A DNA stretch of 64,000 nucleotides from an uncultured Zetaproteobacteria bacterium (GCA_964601765.1 CAZROR010000001.1:10694-74693); one strand, 5' to 3'; shown: positions 48,005-58,792, counted from the first letter of the stretch. Translations and numbers: made by a program. Notes: generated by a model from the sequence alone, not told the origin.

Positions 48005-50225
48005 CGACCTCGAACAGACCCTGAATCACGTGTTTCGCACAGCGCACATGCAGCGCAACGAGTTTGTTACGGTCGAACATCTGCTGCTGGGCCTGCTCGA
48101 CAATCCGTCTGCACGTGAAGCACTGACAGCCTGCGGGCTGGATTTTGATCTGCTGCGCGCTGATCTGAACCAGTTTATTTCGGAGCACGTGGCCATCCTG
48201 CCGGAAAACATGGGTGAAACGACGGCCAGTATTTGCCTGCAACGCGTCATCCAGCGCAGCATCATGCAGGCGCAGTCCTCCGGCAAGGAAGAGGTGGATG
48301 GCGCCAATATCCTCATTGCAATTTTTTCTGAGAAGGACTCACATGCCGTCTATGCGCTGAAGCGCCAGGGCATCACGCGGCTGCATGTGATGGACTATAT
48401 CGCGCATGGCATCAGCCGCGACCACCCGTTGCAGCCGGAAACCACCGCCCCATCCGGTACAAAAAAGCGCCGTACCCCCTCGGCCCTGGAGCGCTTCTGC
48501 GTCAACCTGAATGAAAAGGCCGCAGCCGGCCAGATCGATCCGCTGATCGGGCGGGAGGCTGAGCTCAGCCGCTGCACACATATCCTGTGCCGGCGTCGCA
48601 AGAACAATCCGTTGCTTGTCGGCGAGGCCGGCGTGGGGAAAACCGCCATTGCGGAAGGGCTGGCTGCGCGCATTGTGGAAAAACGGGTACCGGAGGCTAT
48701 TGCCGGTGCCGTGATTTACGCCCTGGATATGGGTGCGCTGCTGGCCGGCACGAAATACCGCGGCGACTTCGAAGAACGCATGAAGGCAGTGCTTTCCGAG
48801 CTGGCAAAACAGTCACAGGCCGTGCTGTTCATCGATGAAATCCATACCGTCATCGGTGCCGGAGCCGCCAGCGGCGGTGCCATGGACGCATCCAATCTGC
48901 TCAAGCCGGTGCTGGCCAACGGTGAGCTGCGCTGCATCGGTGCCACAACCCAGAGCGAGTTCCGCAACCTGTTTGAAAAGGACCGTGCGCTTTCCCGGCG
49001 CTTCCAGAAAATCGACGTGCCCGAACCGGGTATCGCGGACACGATTAAAATTCTGAACGGGCTGAAGGCGAATCTCGAGGCGCATCACGGCATCCGCTAC
49101 ACGCAGACGGCCATCAGCTCGGCGGCGCAGCTCGCTGCCCGCTACATCAATGACCGCCGTCTGCCGGATTCGGCCATCGACGTACTCGATGAGGCAGGCG
49201 CAGCCATACGCGTGGCCAAACGGCGCAGGAAGCAGGTGGCTGTTGGCGATATCGAGGCGATGGTGGCCGCAATGGCCCGCATTCCGCCGCGCAGCCTGTC
49301 CACGGACGACCAGCAAAGCCTGAAAAACCTGGAACGCAATCTGAAGCTTGCCGTATTTGGTCAGGATGCGGCCATTGTCCAGCTTGCAGCCAGCATCAAG
49401 CTGTCCCGGGCGGGCCTGTCACACCCGGAAAAGCCCATTGGCTCCTTCCTCTTTTCCGGCCCGACAGGCGTGGGCAAAACGGAGGTCGCCCGCCAGCTGG
49501 CCCGTATTCTGGGCCTGACCCTGATCCGTTACGACATGTCGGAATACATGGAAGCACATGCCGTTTCCCGGCTGATCGGGGCGCCTCCCGGTTATGTCGG
49601 CTTCGACCAGGGCGGGCTGCTGACCGAGGCCGTGAACAAAACCCCGTATGCCGTGCTGCTACTCGATGAAATCGAGAAGGCCCACCCGGACATGTTCAAT
49701 ATCCTGCTTCAGGTCATGGATCACGGCACGCTGACGGATAACGCCGGCCGCACGGCGGACTTCCGCCATATTATCCTGATCATGACCAGCAATGCCGGGG
49801 CCTTTGAGATGCAGCAGGGTGCCATCGGTTTCAATCCCGCGCCACAGCGTGATGCAGATGCCAAGGCCATCGAGCGCATCTTCTCACCCGAGTTCCGTAA
49901 CCGGCTGGATGCCATCGTGCCATTTGCCAGCCTTGATCCGGAGACTATCGGGCATGTCGTGGACAAGTTCATCATGGAGCTGGAAATCCAGCTACAGGAG
50001 AAGGGTGTGGAGCTTTCCGTCAGCCGGCCCGTACGTGCCTGGCTGGCCCGACGGGGCTACGACGAACGCATGGGGGCACGGCCAATGGCGCGGCTCATCC
50101 GCGAGGAAATCAGAAAACCACTGGCTGAGGAAATCCTGTTTGGCAGGCTAACCAAAGGCGGCAGGGTGAATATCACCCTGCACAATGATACCCCCCGCTT
50201 TTCATTCAAACCGGCAACCCCTTAG
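47994..50225 (+). CDS. clpA: ATP-dependent Clp protease ATP-binding subunit ClpA
   Basis: Clp N-domain and two AAA+ modules (GEAGVGKTA and GPTGVGKTE). The gene is contiguous with clpS. Confidence 0.96.
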   Translation: MLSDDLEQTLNHVFRTAHMQRNEFVTVEHLLLGLLDNPSAREALTACGLDFDLLRADLNQFISEHVAILPENMGETTASICLQRVIQRSIMQAQSSGKEEVDGANILIAIFSEKDSHAVYALKRQGITRLHVMDYIAHGISRDHPLQPETTAPSGTKKRRTPSALERFCVNLNEKAAAGQIDPLIGREAELSRCTHILCRRRKNNPLLVGEAGVGKTAIAEGLAARIVEKRVPEAIAGAVIYALDMGALLAGTKYRGDFEERMKAVLSELAKQSQAVLFIDEIHTVIGAGAASGGAMDASNLLKPVLANGELRCIGATTQSEFRNLFEKDRALSRRFQKIDVPEPGIADTIKILNGLKANLEAHHGIRYTQTAISSAAQLAARYINDRRLPDSAIDVLDEAGAAIRVAKRRRKQVAVGDIEAMVAAMARIPPRSLSTDDQQSLKNLERNLKLAVFGQDAAIVQLAASIKLSRAGLSHPEKPIGSFLFSGPTGVGKTEVARQLARILGLTLIRYDMSEYMEAHAVSRLIGAPPGYVGFDQGGLLTEAVNKTPYAVLLLDEIEKAHPDMFNILLQVMDHGTLTDNAGRTADFRHIILIMTSNAGAFEMQQGAIGFNPAPQRDADAKAIERIFSPEFRNRLDAIVPFASLDPETIGHVVDKFIMELEIQLQEKGVELSVSRPVRAWLARRGYDERMGARPMARLIREEIRKPLAEEILFGRLTKGGRVNITLHNDTPRFSFKPATP

Positions 50226-50237
50226 CAACTACGGACT

Positions 50238-51968
50238 TTAATCTTCTGCGGTACAGACACAATTGCGGCCGGACTCCTTGGCCTCGTAAAGCGCCTTGTC
50301 TGCGCGCCTGATCAGATCCTGGATATCCTCGGCACCCTTCAGGTGGTTGGCCACGCCGGCGCTGAGCGTCACCTTGAACTCACGGCCCTCGCAAACGAAC
50401 CGCTGCTGCTCGAAGTGGCTGCGTAACCGCTCCGCAAGCTGCACCCCCTCTCGCTTGTTCCGGGAGATGATAAAGGCGGCAAACTCCTCTCCGCCAACGC
50501 GCACGGGGATATCCACCCGCCGACAGGCGTTCAGCAGCGCCCTGCCCAGTGTTTCGAGCACGGCATCGCCAGTGCTGTGCCCATACGTATCATTGACGCA
50601 CTTGAAGTAATCGACATCCAGCATCACAAGCGCCACGCCGGAAATCACGCCGCGGTCATGTGAGGCAAGCATGCGCTCGACTGCATCATGCATGTAATAG
50701 CGGGAATAAAGCCCGGTCAGGGGATCATGAATGGAGCGTAGATACAGCTCATCGCGTTCTCTCTCAACACCGCGGTAAATCACCTCTCGCTCAACCGCCA
50801 CCATCAGCGGGTCGCAAAGCTGCCCGATGGCCTCGTCCACCTCGGGGCTGATGTCCGCATCCGCCTTGAGAGTCAGGACAGCCAGTGCGCGAACGCTGTT
50901 CCCTTCGAAGGCAAGTGGCACAAGCAACCTGTCGCCTCCGGGCTCCCGGCGGCAATAGCGCAGTTTCTCCTGCCCGGGCGGTTTTGCGAATGCCGTGGCA
51001 AAAAATGGCGGAGGCATCACTTCCTCGCCCCGGTAGCGGTTGGCCGGGCCAAGATAGACAGCATTTTCGCCCTGTCCGGCATAGAATTCGAGGGACTCCA
51101 CCCGCAGTACCTCTGAAACCGCCGGCAGCAGATGGTGCACGATATCCCGAAAATCGCGGTACAGCATGATGGCATTCAATGCCTGGCGAAGCATGCGATT
51201 GATGGCCATGAGCCGGCGTACGTTCGTATCCCCCCTGGCCATCAGATACAGCCCGCAATCCAGCCCCTTGAGCTTGCGGAACATGAAGCGCACGAGGGGC
51301 TCGCGGATGATCGAGCCGTGCTGCGGGGCAATCAGGCGGATGGGCCATTTTTCGATCTCACGCAGGCCATGCTGCACGATATCCCGGCTCGGCATGTAGT
51401 GCTCATGAAAGGCACGGATATCATCGAAGTACGCCTCATCCTCCGCAAACAGGCGCCACTTCTCCGTGAAGCCGCCAAAGATGTCGCTGGAAAAGAGCAC
51501 GCCCGTCGCCGCGTCGAAGGTCGTGAACGCACCGGGGAAATGCATATAGGGCGTCAGGGTGAAATGCAGCAACCGATTGCCAAGCGCCAGCTCCCAGTCG
51601 TGTTCCTCAACCAGCCAGAAAGGCAGGCGTTTCAGGTCATAGTGCTTGAGCAATGCCGCCGCGCGCCAGTGTGTAATCAGTACGGCGTCATCACGCGCCA
51701 CCATCCGGTCGATGAGGTTAAGCGCGCCGGTGATGTCAGGATCCTGATGATGGCAGATGAAATAACGGATATGTGAAAAGGGAATAATCGTCTCGATTTT
51801 CTTCAGCGTATGGGCAAAGGTCAGGGCCGAGCCAGGATCGATAAGGACGGATTGGTCGCCATGTTCGATCAGATAGACATGGCACTGAAAGGCATCACCC
51901 GGCAGGTAATGCCCCACCCACCAGGTGCGCTCCGCAATTTCTACCGCCTGGCCAAGGGCTGCCATCAT
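50238..51968 (-). CDS. Diguanylate cyclase with an N-terminal di-iron metallo-beta-lactamase-like (FprA/ODP-type) sensor domain
   Basis: The N-terminal region has CHHQDPD, FDAATGVLFSSDIFGG and APQHGSI. The C-terminal GGDEF domain has RVGGEEFA, with the preceding DVDYFKCVNDTYGHSTGD. Confidence 0.85.
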   Translation of the reverse strand: MMAALGQAVEIAERTWWVGHYLPGDAFQCHVYLIEHGDQSVLIDPGSALTFAHTLKKIETIIPFSHIRYFICHHQDPDITGALNLIDRMVARDDAVLITHWRAAALLKHYDLKRLPFWLVEEHDWELALGNRLLHFTLTPYMHFPGAFTTFDAATGVLFSSDIFGGFTEKWRLFAEDEAYFDDIRAFHEHYMPSRDIVQHGLREIEKWPIRLIAPQHGSIIREPLVRFMFRKLKGLDCGLYLMARGDTNVRRLMAINRMLRQALNAIMLYRDFRDIVHHLLPAVSEVLRVESLEFYAGQGENAVYLGPANRYRGEEVMPPPFFATAFAKPPGQEKLRYCRREPGGDRLLVPLAFEGNSVRALAVLTLKADADISPEVDEAIGQLCDPLMVAVEREVIYRGVERERDELYLRSIHDPLTGLYSRYYMHDAVERMLASHDRGVISGVALVMLDVDYFKCVNDTYGHSTGDAVLETLGRALLNACRRVDIPVRVGGEEFAAFIISRNKREGVQLAERLRSHFEQQRFVCEGREFKVTLSAGVANHLKGAEDIQDLIRRADKALYEAKESGRNCVCTAED

Positions 51969-52021
51969 CCGGCCATTGCACGCGGATGCCAGTCAGGCAT
52001 CAGGAATGCGCACCACCCAGG

Positions 52022-53794
52022 TCAGGTATCAAAGCTAAACTTCCCTTCACGGAAAATCCGGCAGCAGGCGTCTACCGCATCAGCGTCATACAGCTTACCA
52101 CGGCCGCGTTCGATCTCGGCCAGGGCCTTGTCAATACCGAGGCCAGGCCGGTACGGCCGGTGGCTTGCCATTGCCTCCGTGACATCAGCTACGGCCAGAA
52201 TGCGTGCCTCCAGATAAATCTGGCCATCCTTGAGGCCCTGCGGATAGCCCGAGCCATCCAGGCGCTCATGGTGCTGGTGCGCGATTTCCGCCACCGGCCA
52301 GGGGAATTCAACGCCCTTCAGGATATCGAAGCCCACCTTTGGATGCTCCTTGATCAGGCTATATTCGACCTCAGTCAGGCGAGTGGGCTTCGAAAGAATT
52401 TCGGCCGGCAGATGAATCTTGCCGATATCATGAATCATGCCACCCCAGCGAATGCCTTCGACACGGTCCGCATCCAGGCCCATCTCCGCAGCAATGGCTG
52501 CGGCCAGCTCTGCCACGCGCATCTGGTGGCCGGCCGTGTACGGATCCCGCGCCTCCACAGCCGTAACAATGGCACGAATGGTGCCTTCAAGGCTTCTGCG
52601 CAACCGGCTGGCAGCCTGTCTGCGCTCGGTGACATCCTGGCAAAAGTGTATCGAATGACTGTATTCGCCATGTTCGTCGCAAACGGCATAGCTGTGCGAG
52701 AGATAAATTCGCCCGTCAGGGGTCCGAAACTCTTCCTCTTCCGCCGTCTTGTCATAGCCGTGCAGGCAGCCGGAAAGTGGCCCATCCTGCTGTGGGAAGA
52801 CCTCCCAGTAAGGCATGCCATTGATGTCTGCCAGCAGACGCCCGGCACATGCAGCGTAAGCGCTGTTAGCGCGCACGATGCGTCCCTGGGCATCATGCAG
52901 AAAAATGGGATCGGTTACCGCATCAAAGGTAGTCTCCCACTCCCGCTTGGCCTGCTCCACGCGCGCGTACGTTTCGTTCATGTCCTCAAGCATGTAGAGC
53001 ATGGCACGGTTCGCTTCTTCGGCCTCGTCCAGGCTGCGCTTCAGGCGTGCCTCATCCATCTTCTGCACGCTGATATCGCGTACCGTGCCCTGAACAACGC
53101 GCTGCCCGCCAAGTTCCATGGCAGTCAACCATATGGATACTGGAAAGTTCGTGCCATCCAACCGCTGATGTATCCACTCAAATTTATGAGTACCTTGTTT
53201 GAAAGCCATCGCAATATGCTCATTGGCCAGTTGCCTGGAATTGTACCCGCCTGGCTGGGTCTCCGGCGAAAAGTCGGCTGGATGCCTACCCAAAAGCTCA
53301 TCACGTGACGTGCAGCCAAACATACGCAGTGTTGCATCATTGCAATCAAAAAAGCCATCTTTATCAATCAACATGATGGCGTCCGGCGAAAGCTCATACA
53401 GCATGCGGTATTTGATCTCCGCGGCCTCGGCATCGCTCACATCACGCAAGACTACAGTGTACACCCACGCCCCCTTCACCTGCCCGCCCGTAAGCGCAAA
53501 TGCGCAGGGAAAGGTGCGGCCATCCTTTCTGAGCCCCTTCAGGCGCAACTCCTGCCGCGCCGGCTGCGCATCACTGGCATCGATAACCTGCCGCATCGCG
53601 GCCTGGCAGTCATCACGGGCCTCGCCGTGCAACAGCATGGGCAGTGTCATCTTGTACGCTTCTGTCTCGCTGTAGCCAAACATCGCCTCGGCAGGCCCAT
53701 TCCACAGCAGAATGCGGCCTTTACTGTCCGCACAGGCCATGGCATCCAGGCTGATAGCGGCCATAGCCTGGATCAACGGTTCACAGCCGCCCAC
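52022..53794 (-). CDS. Multi-PAS sensor with a C-terminal HD-GYP domain (putative c-di-GMP phosphodiesterase)
   Basis: At least three PAS-like repeats are present. The HD-GYP core reads HQMRVAEL...IHDIGKI...HHERLDGSGYPQGL. Confidence 0.85.
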   Translation of the reverse strand: MGGCEPLIQAMAAISLDAMACADSKGRILLWNGPAEAMFGYSETEAYKMTLPMLLHGEARDDCQAAMRQVIDASDAQPARQELRLKGLRKDGRTFPCAFALTGGQVKGAWVYTVVLRDVSDAEAAEIKYRMLYELSPDAIMLIDKDGFFDCNDATLRMFGCTSRDELLGRHPADFSPETQPGGYNSRQLANEHIAMAFKQGTHKFEWIHQRLDGTNFPVSIWLTAMELGGQRVVQGTVRDISVQKMDEARLKRSLDEAEEANRAMLYMLEDMNETYARVEQAKREWETTFDAVTDPIFLHDAQGRIVRANSAYAACAGRLLADINGMPYWEVFPQQDGPLSGCLHGYDKTAEEEEFRTPDGRIYLSHSYAVCDEHGEYSHSIHFCQDVTERRQAASRLRRSLEGTIRAIVTAVEARDPYTAGHQMRVAELAAAIAAEMGLDADRVEGIRWGGMIHDIGKIHLPAEILSKPTRLTEVEYSLIKEHPKVGFDILKGVEFPWPVAEIAHQHHERLDGSGYPQGLKDGQIYLEARILAVADVTEAMASHRPYRPGLGIDKALAEIERGRGKLYDADAVDACCRIFREGKFSFDT

Positions 53795-53814
53795 CCCTTT
53801 CCTCGTAGCCCCGG

Positions 53815-54342
53815 TTATTGCTGCCTCCGCAGCGAGGCAATCACGGCCTTCTGACGCTCAACCTCTTCGCGCAGCTCCTTGATGCGCGCTTCCCGCTGCC
53901 AGCAGACATTGATCAGCCGCCGGCACTCCTCCAGGGCGTGCCTCAGCTGCTTTTCCATCGCATGCTTGTACATCGCCAGCTGGATGTTGCTGTGCAGCTC
54001 GCGATCCTCGAAGGGCTTGACGATATAGGCAAAGGCCTCGGTCTCCCGGGCACGGTCGATTTTTTCCTGATCGGTATAGGCGGTAAGGTAAATCACCGGG
54101 ATATTCAGCTCATGCCGGATCATATCGGCTGTCTCAATGCCATCCATCCCCCCCTTCAGCACAATATCCATGAGTACAAGGTCGGGCTTGTGTTCCCTGG
54201 CCTTTGCCACCGCATCCAGGCCTGTCATCACCCTGGCACAAACATCATAATTCATCTGTGTGAGGGCACGCTCAATATCCTTGCTGATGATGCCCTCATC
54301 CTCGACAATAAGGATGCGCAGCTTGTCTGGTATCTCACTCAT
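53815..54342 (-). CDS. Response-regulator receiver protein with a coiled-coil C-terminal tail and no DNA-binding domain
   Basis: Contains ILIVEDE, DLVLMDIVL and IVKPF. The C-terminal 50 aa or so are heptad-like. A 4-nt overlap links it to the upstream kinase gene. Confidence 0.85.
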   Translation of the reverse strand: MSEIPDKLRILIVEDEGIISKDIERALTQMNYDVCARVMTGLDAVAKAREHKPDLVLMDIVLKGGMDGIETADMIRHELNIPVIYLTAYTDQEKIDRARETEAFAYIVKPFEDRELHSNIQLAMYKHAMEKQLRHALEECRRLINVCWQREARIKELREEVERQKAVIASLRRQQ

Positions 54343-56420
54343 GCATTACCTCCGCGCGCAGCTGGAAACAGAATCCGGATATCCGTGCCATGTGCGTTGA
54401 TTATGCTCAACTCCCCCCCAAGCTGGGCCGCCAGCGCATCAACCAGTTGCAGCCCAAGTGTTTTTGCGGCATGGACATCCATCCCCTGCGGCAGGCCACA
54501 GCCATCATCATAGACACGGATCAGCCTGTGCGCATCATCCGGTGCACTGAGGCTCACGTGAATGCTCCCCCGGCCCTCCGGAAAGGCATGCTTCAGGGCA
54601 TTGCTTACCAGCTCATTGATAATCAGCCCGCAGGGCACAGCCTCGTCCATGCCCATGACGATATCATCCGCATCCACGCGCACGGTAATCCGCTGCCTCG
54701 AAATACCGCGGGATTTGACGAGCGTAGCAACGATATTCTCAATATAGGCCTGCGCCGGAATAGTATCCAGACGCTCCGAGGCATAGAGCTGCTCATGTAC
54801 AAGCGACATCGTGCGGATGCGCTCCTGGCTGTCCCGACACATGGCCTGCAGCCTTGTATCATGTGCCTGTGTGGCCTGCAGCCTCAGCAGGCTGGAGACA
54901 ATCTGCATGTTGTTTTTCACGCGGTGATGTAGCTCGCGCAGCAGCACCTCCTTCTCCCGCAACGATGCCCTGAGCCGGTCCTCGGCCTTCACCCGGTCAC
55001 TGATGTCCAGCCAGCTACCGACAATTTCAACAGCCTGCCCTTCTGCATTTCGTTCAATGGTCAGGCAGTCATGAATCCACAGGTAGCGTCCGTCGGTACA
55101 ACGGAAGCGGTATTCATGCATATAGACGCGTTCGTCCCCGGCCAAGGCCCTGCGCAAACCACGAACAGTCTGTCTGCGCTCTTCCGGATGGAGGTGCGAA
55201 ATCCACCAGCGTGCATTTCCAACCACATCACTGTATTGCCAACCGAACAGCTTACTCAGATTGGAGCTAATAAAGGCAGGCGTAAAATCCACGCCATGCA
55301 CATGCAACACATAGTGCACGGCGGGCGTTGTAGCCATGATATGCGCCAGCTCCCTGCGTGAATCGACAAGCTGCCGCCTGGCCTGCAGCCGCTGGACATG
55401 GAGACGCGCCAGCATACGCGCTATCAGGGCAGCTGCCAGAATCAGAATGCCGCTCCCGGCGAGGAACAACGCCCGTTCCTGCCCCATCATACGGGATAGG
55501 GAGGCTGCTGGAAATCTTGATACGATAAACCAGTGGAAGCCCCTGGCAGCTTCTGGAGACAGCCTGGGATGCAGGTCGTGCACGAGGTCAACCGCGGAGT
55601 ACATATACACGTCCCCGCCAGTCTCGAACACCCCGCCATGCCCACGCAGGATTTGCTGCCACGCCGCAGGATAGACGGCACCGAAATGCCAGTTGCGTCG
55701 TTCGGGAAGCACAAAGCCCCAGTTCCACTCCGGATGCGGGCTGGAAAGAAAGAAGCCTGCCTGGTCAATGAGATAGGCCTCGCTGTCATCTGTATCCATC
55801 ACTTGGCGGAAGCGTCTGAACAGGTCTGCCATCCCCTGCCTAAGCATCAAGGCCCCCACCCTGCGATCACCCTCAAAGAGGGCCAGAGTGAGCCAGACCA
55901 CGGGCACAGGCCCTGTATGGGTGCGCTCCAGTTGTATGGGCGATAGATAAACCCCGCCCACCTCTAGCTGCGCGGTGGTACGGAGCAAGTCAGGCAGCCC
56001 TGGTACCGCGGCAGGCAGGCGACCGGCACGCATCAGCTCGCGCCCGTGGGTATCCAGAAGGCGTACCCCATTGTCGCTGGAGGCGCGATGTAGAAAAGAG
56101 GCCGTTCCGGCCTCCAGCAGCCTCAGCCCCCCGGGATCGGAAAAGGGGCGGTGAAGTGCTGCCAGATCGCCGATATGAGCCAGCGCATCAGTAGCCTGCT
56201 TCAGGGCCCTGACAAGCATGTCATGCTGGATTTCCACATGATGCTGGTCACGCTCGATGATGCGCTGGCGTTCGATTTTCACTTCTTCGCGGTAGAACAT
56301 ATAGCTCAAAGCCACGATAGTCAGCACGAGACCACCAAACAGTATGCCGAAATAACGCCAGAATCCTGGCATCAGCACTGGGAATGATGCGTGGAAACCA
56401 ATCTCTGACCCAGTCGCCAC
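54339..56420 (-). CDS. Sensor histidine kinase, HisKA_2 type, with a periplasmic sensor region and a PAS domain
   Basis: Two TM segments flank a region of about 280 aa outside the membrane. There is also a PAS domain, the H-box ELHHRVKNNMQIVSSLLRLQ and an HATPase_c region (LIINELVSNALKHAF...DDGCGLP). Confidence 0.85.
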   Translation of the reverse strand: MATGSEIGFHASFPVLMPGFWRYFGILFGGLVLTIVALSYMFYREEVKIERQRIIERDQHHVEIQHDMLVRALKQATDALAHIGDLAALHRPFSDPGGLRLLEAGTASFLHRASSDNGVRLLDTHGRELMRAGRLPAAVPGLPDLLRTTAQLEVGGVYLSPIQLERTHTGPVPVVWLTLALFEGDRRVGALMLRQGMADLFRRFRQVMDTDDSEAYLIDQAGFFLSSPHPEWNWGFVLPERRNWHFGAVYPAAWQQILRGHGGVFETGGDVYMYSAVDLVHDLHPRLSPEAARGFHWFIVSRFPAASLSRMMGQERALFLAGSGILILAAALIARMLARLHVQRLQARRQLVDSRRELAHIMATTPAVHYVLHVHGVDFTPAFISSNLSKLFGWQYSDVVGNARWWISHLHPEERRQTVRGLRRALAGDERVYMHEYRFRCTDGRYLWIHDCLTIERNAEGQAVEIVGSWLDISDRVKAEDRLRASLREKEVLLRELHHRVKNNMQIVSSLLRLQATQAHDTRLQAMCRDSQERIRTMSLVHEQLYASERLDTIPAQAYIENIVATLVKSRGISRQRITVRVDADDIVMGMDEAVPCGLIINELVSNALKHAFPEGRGSIHVSLSAPDDAHRLIRVYDDGCGLPQGMDVHAAKTLGLQLVDALAAQLGGELSIINAHGTDIRILFPAARGGNA

Positions 56421-56436
56421 TTTTGCTGCACAATCA

Positions 56437-57435
56437 TCATGGTAATGGCAGCTGCTGCTTTTCCAGCTCCTTCTTCAGAGAAGCATTTTCATCACGTAGT
56501 GACTTGAGGCAAACCTCACGCTGTACAGTCGCCTGCCGGAAACGCTCCAGTTCTTCCACGCGCTCCCGCAGAATCCTGTTGCGCTCGATGGCCTCCAGTG
56601 CAAAGGAAATATCACCGGCAGCTTCCTCCAGCACCGCCACGACATCCGCCTGGAAGTAGTCTGCATCCCTGGCATACACGGTGAAGGCCCCGACCACTTC
56701 GTCGTCGCGGAACAGCGGAAAGGCTGCAGCAGCACAGGCGCCATGACGGACAAGCTCGTCGCGACAGAAACTCGCACACGGGCTGCCGGCAATATCATTG
56801 CAGATGCATGGCTGCCTGCGGCGAATGGCACGGCTCACAATGTTACAGCCCGGGTATGATTCATTGATGGGAACAGACATCTTGTCAACTGTCTTCTCAT
56901 CCATATCAAAATAAGCCTTGGGCTCCACCATACCGGTTTCCGGGCTCAGCAGGCCAATCCAGGCAGCGTGGAACCCGCCTCTATGTGCGGCAATACGACA
57001 GGCCGAATCGAACAACGTCTGCATATCTTGCTTGTGGCCCATCACCTGATTGACATCGCTCAGAAATGCCAGCAACCGATTCAGTTTCCGTGTATGCGTC
57101 AGCAAGGCATACTGTCGCTTCTGGTAGAAAGCCGCTATATAACCAAAGGCCACGAGCAGACCGACGATGAGCAGCCGCATGAAAAGTTCGTTTGGATCGT
57201 GTTCGCCTCGCAAGGTCTGGACCAGGCTGTATGACGGTGAAAACACAAAGGCGTGCAGCACGGATTCCAGCAGCCAGTAGCCGGTGCCGGCCGCAATTCC
57301 CCAAAGTATAAACCTCGGCCGCCTGACCTGCTCTTGTGACAGCAGGCTCTGCAAATCAGGTTCAGCTTTTTCCTTCTTTTCCATGCACCTCTCTTCACAT
57401 GCGGCCCTTATGGCTGTCATGTCCTTATAGACCAT
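56437..57435 (-). CDS. Membrane-anchored GAF-domain protein with a C-terminal coiled coil
   Basis: Two or three N-terminal TM segments, a GAF-like core (AAWIGLLSPETGMVEP...AAAFPLFRDDEVVGAFTVYA) and a C-terminal heptad-rich tail. Confidence 0.65.
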   Translation of the reverse strand: MVYKDMTAIRAACEERCMEKKEKAEPDLQSLLSQEQVRRPRFILWGIAAGTGYWLLESVLHAFVFSPSYSLVQTLRGEHDPNELFMRLLIVGLLVAFGYIAAFYQKRQYALLTHTRKLNRLLAFLSDVNQVMGHKQDMQTLFDSACRIAAHRGGFHAAWIGLLSPETGMVEPKAYFDMDEKTVDKMSVPINESYPGCNIVSRAIRRRQPCICNDIAGSPCASFCRDELVRHGACAAAAFPLFRDDEVVGAFTVYARDADYFQADVVAVLEEAAGDISFALEAIERNRILRERVEELERFRQATVQREVCLKSLRDENASLKKELEKQQLPLP

Positions 57436-57503
57436 GCGGATAAGAGGTGCACGAAACTGTTATCGAACAAATTGGATACCAGCTGTGGATCATTGGCAAC
57501 CCG

Positions 57504-58169
57504 TCAGCACATGCGCCGGCCCAGGATCCGCTGGCTTCGCTGCACATCCGCGGGGGCATCCACGTCAAAGCCTGTGCTGAGACATCTGTAGCGTAGGCCC
57601 GCTTCCTGAGCGCGTGCCAGTGTCGTATCACACACACTCGCTGTGCTCCACGGTATGTCCGAAAACAGCGTCAGGTACGCGCCACGCACACCGATAAGAT
57701 CATAGCCACCATCCTCGGCCGGGCCGATCACGACATCGACATGCACCAGTGCACGTATGGCCGCGAGCAGCCTAGCATCGGACATATGCGGGCTGTCCGT
57801 ACCGGTAAACAGCACGCCCTCCGCGCCATAATCCAGGGCCAGAAGCAGCATGCGGGACATGCGCGCACCAAGATCACCACTGCCCTGCGGCATGATGGTC
57901 AGGCCGAAGCCCGCAAAAAACGGATGCGTGGGCAAATCTGCCGCAACCCACGCAGACGGGAAAAGCCGCGCAATCTTTTCGATAAACGTACGGGCCATGG
58001 CGGCATGAACGGCCGCAGCCTGAGCGGGAGAATACTCCGGCTGCAGACGCGTTTTCACACGGCCGGCTATCGGCGCCTTGCACATCACGACAGGGCGAAT
58101 CAACGGGAATACAACCGATGCAGGCGCGCCGGATCGGCCCCCAGCCAGTAGCGCAGACGAATCAGCCAC
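57504..58169 (-). CDS. DUF2064-type (TIGR04282-like) putative glycosyltransferase
   Basis: The N-terminal CKAPIAGRVKTRLQPE resembles the DUF2064 hallmark (KAP.PGRVKTRL). With the ATG at 58169, the gene overlaps the upstream GT2 gene by 70 nt. Confidence 0.65.
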   Translation of the reverse strand: MADSSALLAGGRSGAPASVVFPLIRPVVMCKAPIAGRVKTRLQPEYSPAQAAAVHAAMARTFIEKIARLFPSAWVAADLPTHPFFAGFGLTIMPQGSGDLGARMSRMLLLALDYGAEGVLFTGTDSPHMSDARLLAAIRALVHVDVVIGPAEDGGYDLIGVRGAYLTLFSDIPWSTASVCDTTLARAQEAGLRYRCLSTGFDVDAPADVQRSQRILGRRMC

Positions 58170-58792
58170 ATGAGCAGCACTGTGCGTACCATACCGTTTG
58201 CCTCCCAGCGCCGGCTCGATGTTTCAACCTGCTGTCGCAGGCAGGCGATTTTCCCGGCCCGCTTCAGCCAGCGGCTGAGCTCCACATCCTCCAGCAATGG
58301 CTGCTCGGGGAACCCGCCCAGGCGCTCGAAAACACTGCGTCGGATAAACATGGCCTGATCACCGGTGCTGATGCGTGTCAACCGGGAACGCAGGTTGATC
58401 ATATGTTCGATCACACGCAGTGCCGGATGATGTCCCGAAAGCCGGACATCAAAGCGGCCTCCTGCTATCGTCTCATCCTGCATCACCTGCCGGATGGCAT
58501 CGATATGGCCTGAATAAACAGATGTATCTACATGTAGAAAAAGAAAAACATCTGACTTGCAACTAGCGCTGGCGAGGTTCATCTGGGTGGCGCGACCGGG
58601 CTTGCTGGCCACCCAGTGCACTCCGGCAGCTTGCATGATCTCGCGCGTTCCGTCCGTTGATCCGCCATCGGCATACACGAGTTCATCCGCGCTCAGCTGC
58701 CGACAGCGTTCGATTGCAGCGGGCAGCAGCGCCGCCTCATTCAGCACAGGGATAACCACGGCAACGCTCAGGTGCCTGGGTACCTGGCTCAT
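58100..58792 (-). CDS. Family 2 glycosyltransferase (TIGR04283-like partner of DUF2064 proteins)
   Basis: Contains VVIPVLNEAALLPAAIERC, YADGGSTDGTREI and a GT-A fold pattern. Confidence 0.78.
   Translation of the reverse strand: MSQVPRHLSVAVVIPVLNEAALLPAAIERCRQLSADELVYADGGSTDGTREIMQAAGVHWVASKPGRATQMNLASASCKSDVFLFLHVDTSVYSGHIDAIRQVMQDETIAGGRFDVRLSGHHPALRVIEHMINLRSRLTRISTGDQAMFIRRSVFERLGGFPEQPLLEDVELSRWLKRAGKIACLRQQVETSSRRWEANGMVRTVLLMWLIRLRYWLGADPARLHRLYSR

Noticed and set aside
51986-53308. A 440-aa plus-strand ORF lies opposite the PAS/HD-GYP gene.
   Set aside because: It is antisense to a gene with clear PAS and HD-GYP motifs. It has no motifs of its own and no plausible RBS context, so it is most likely a shadow ORF.
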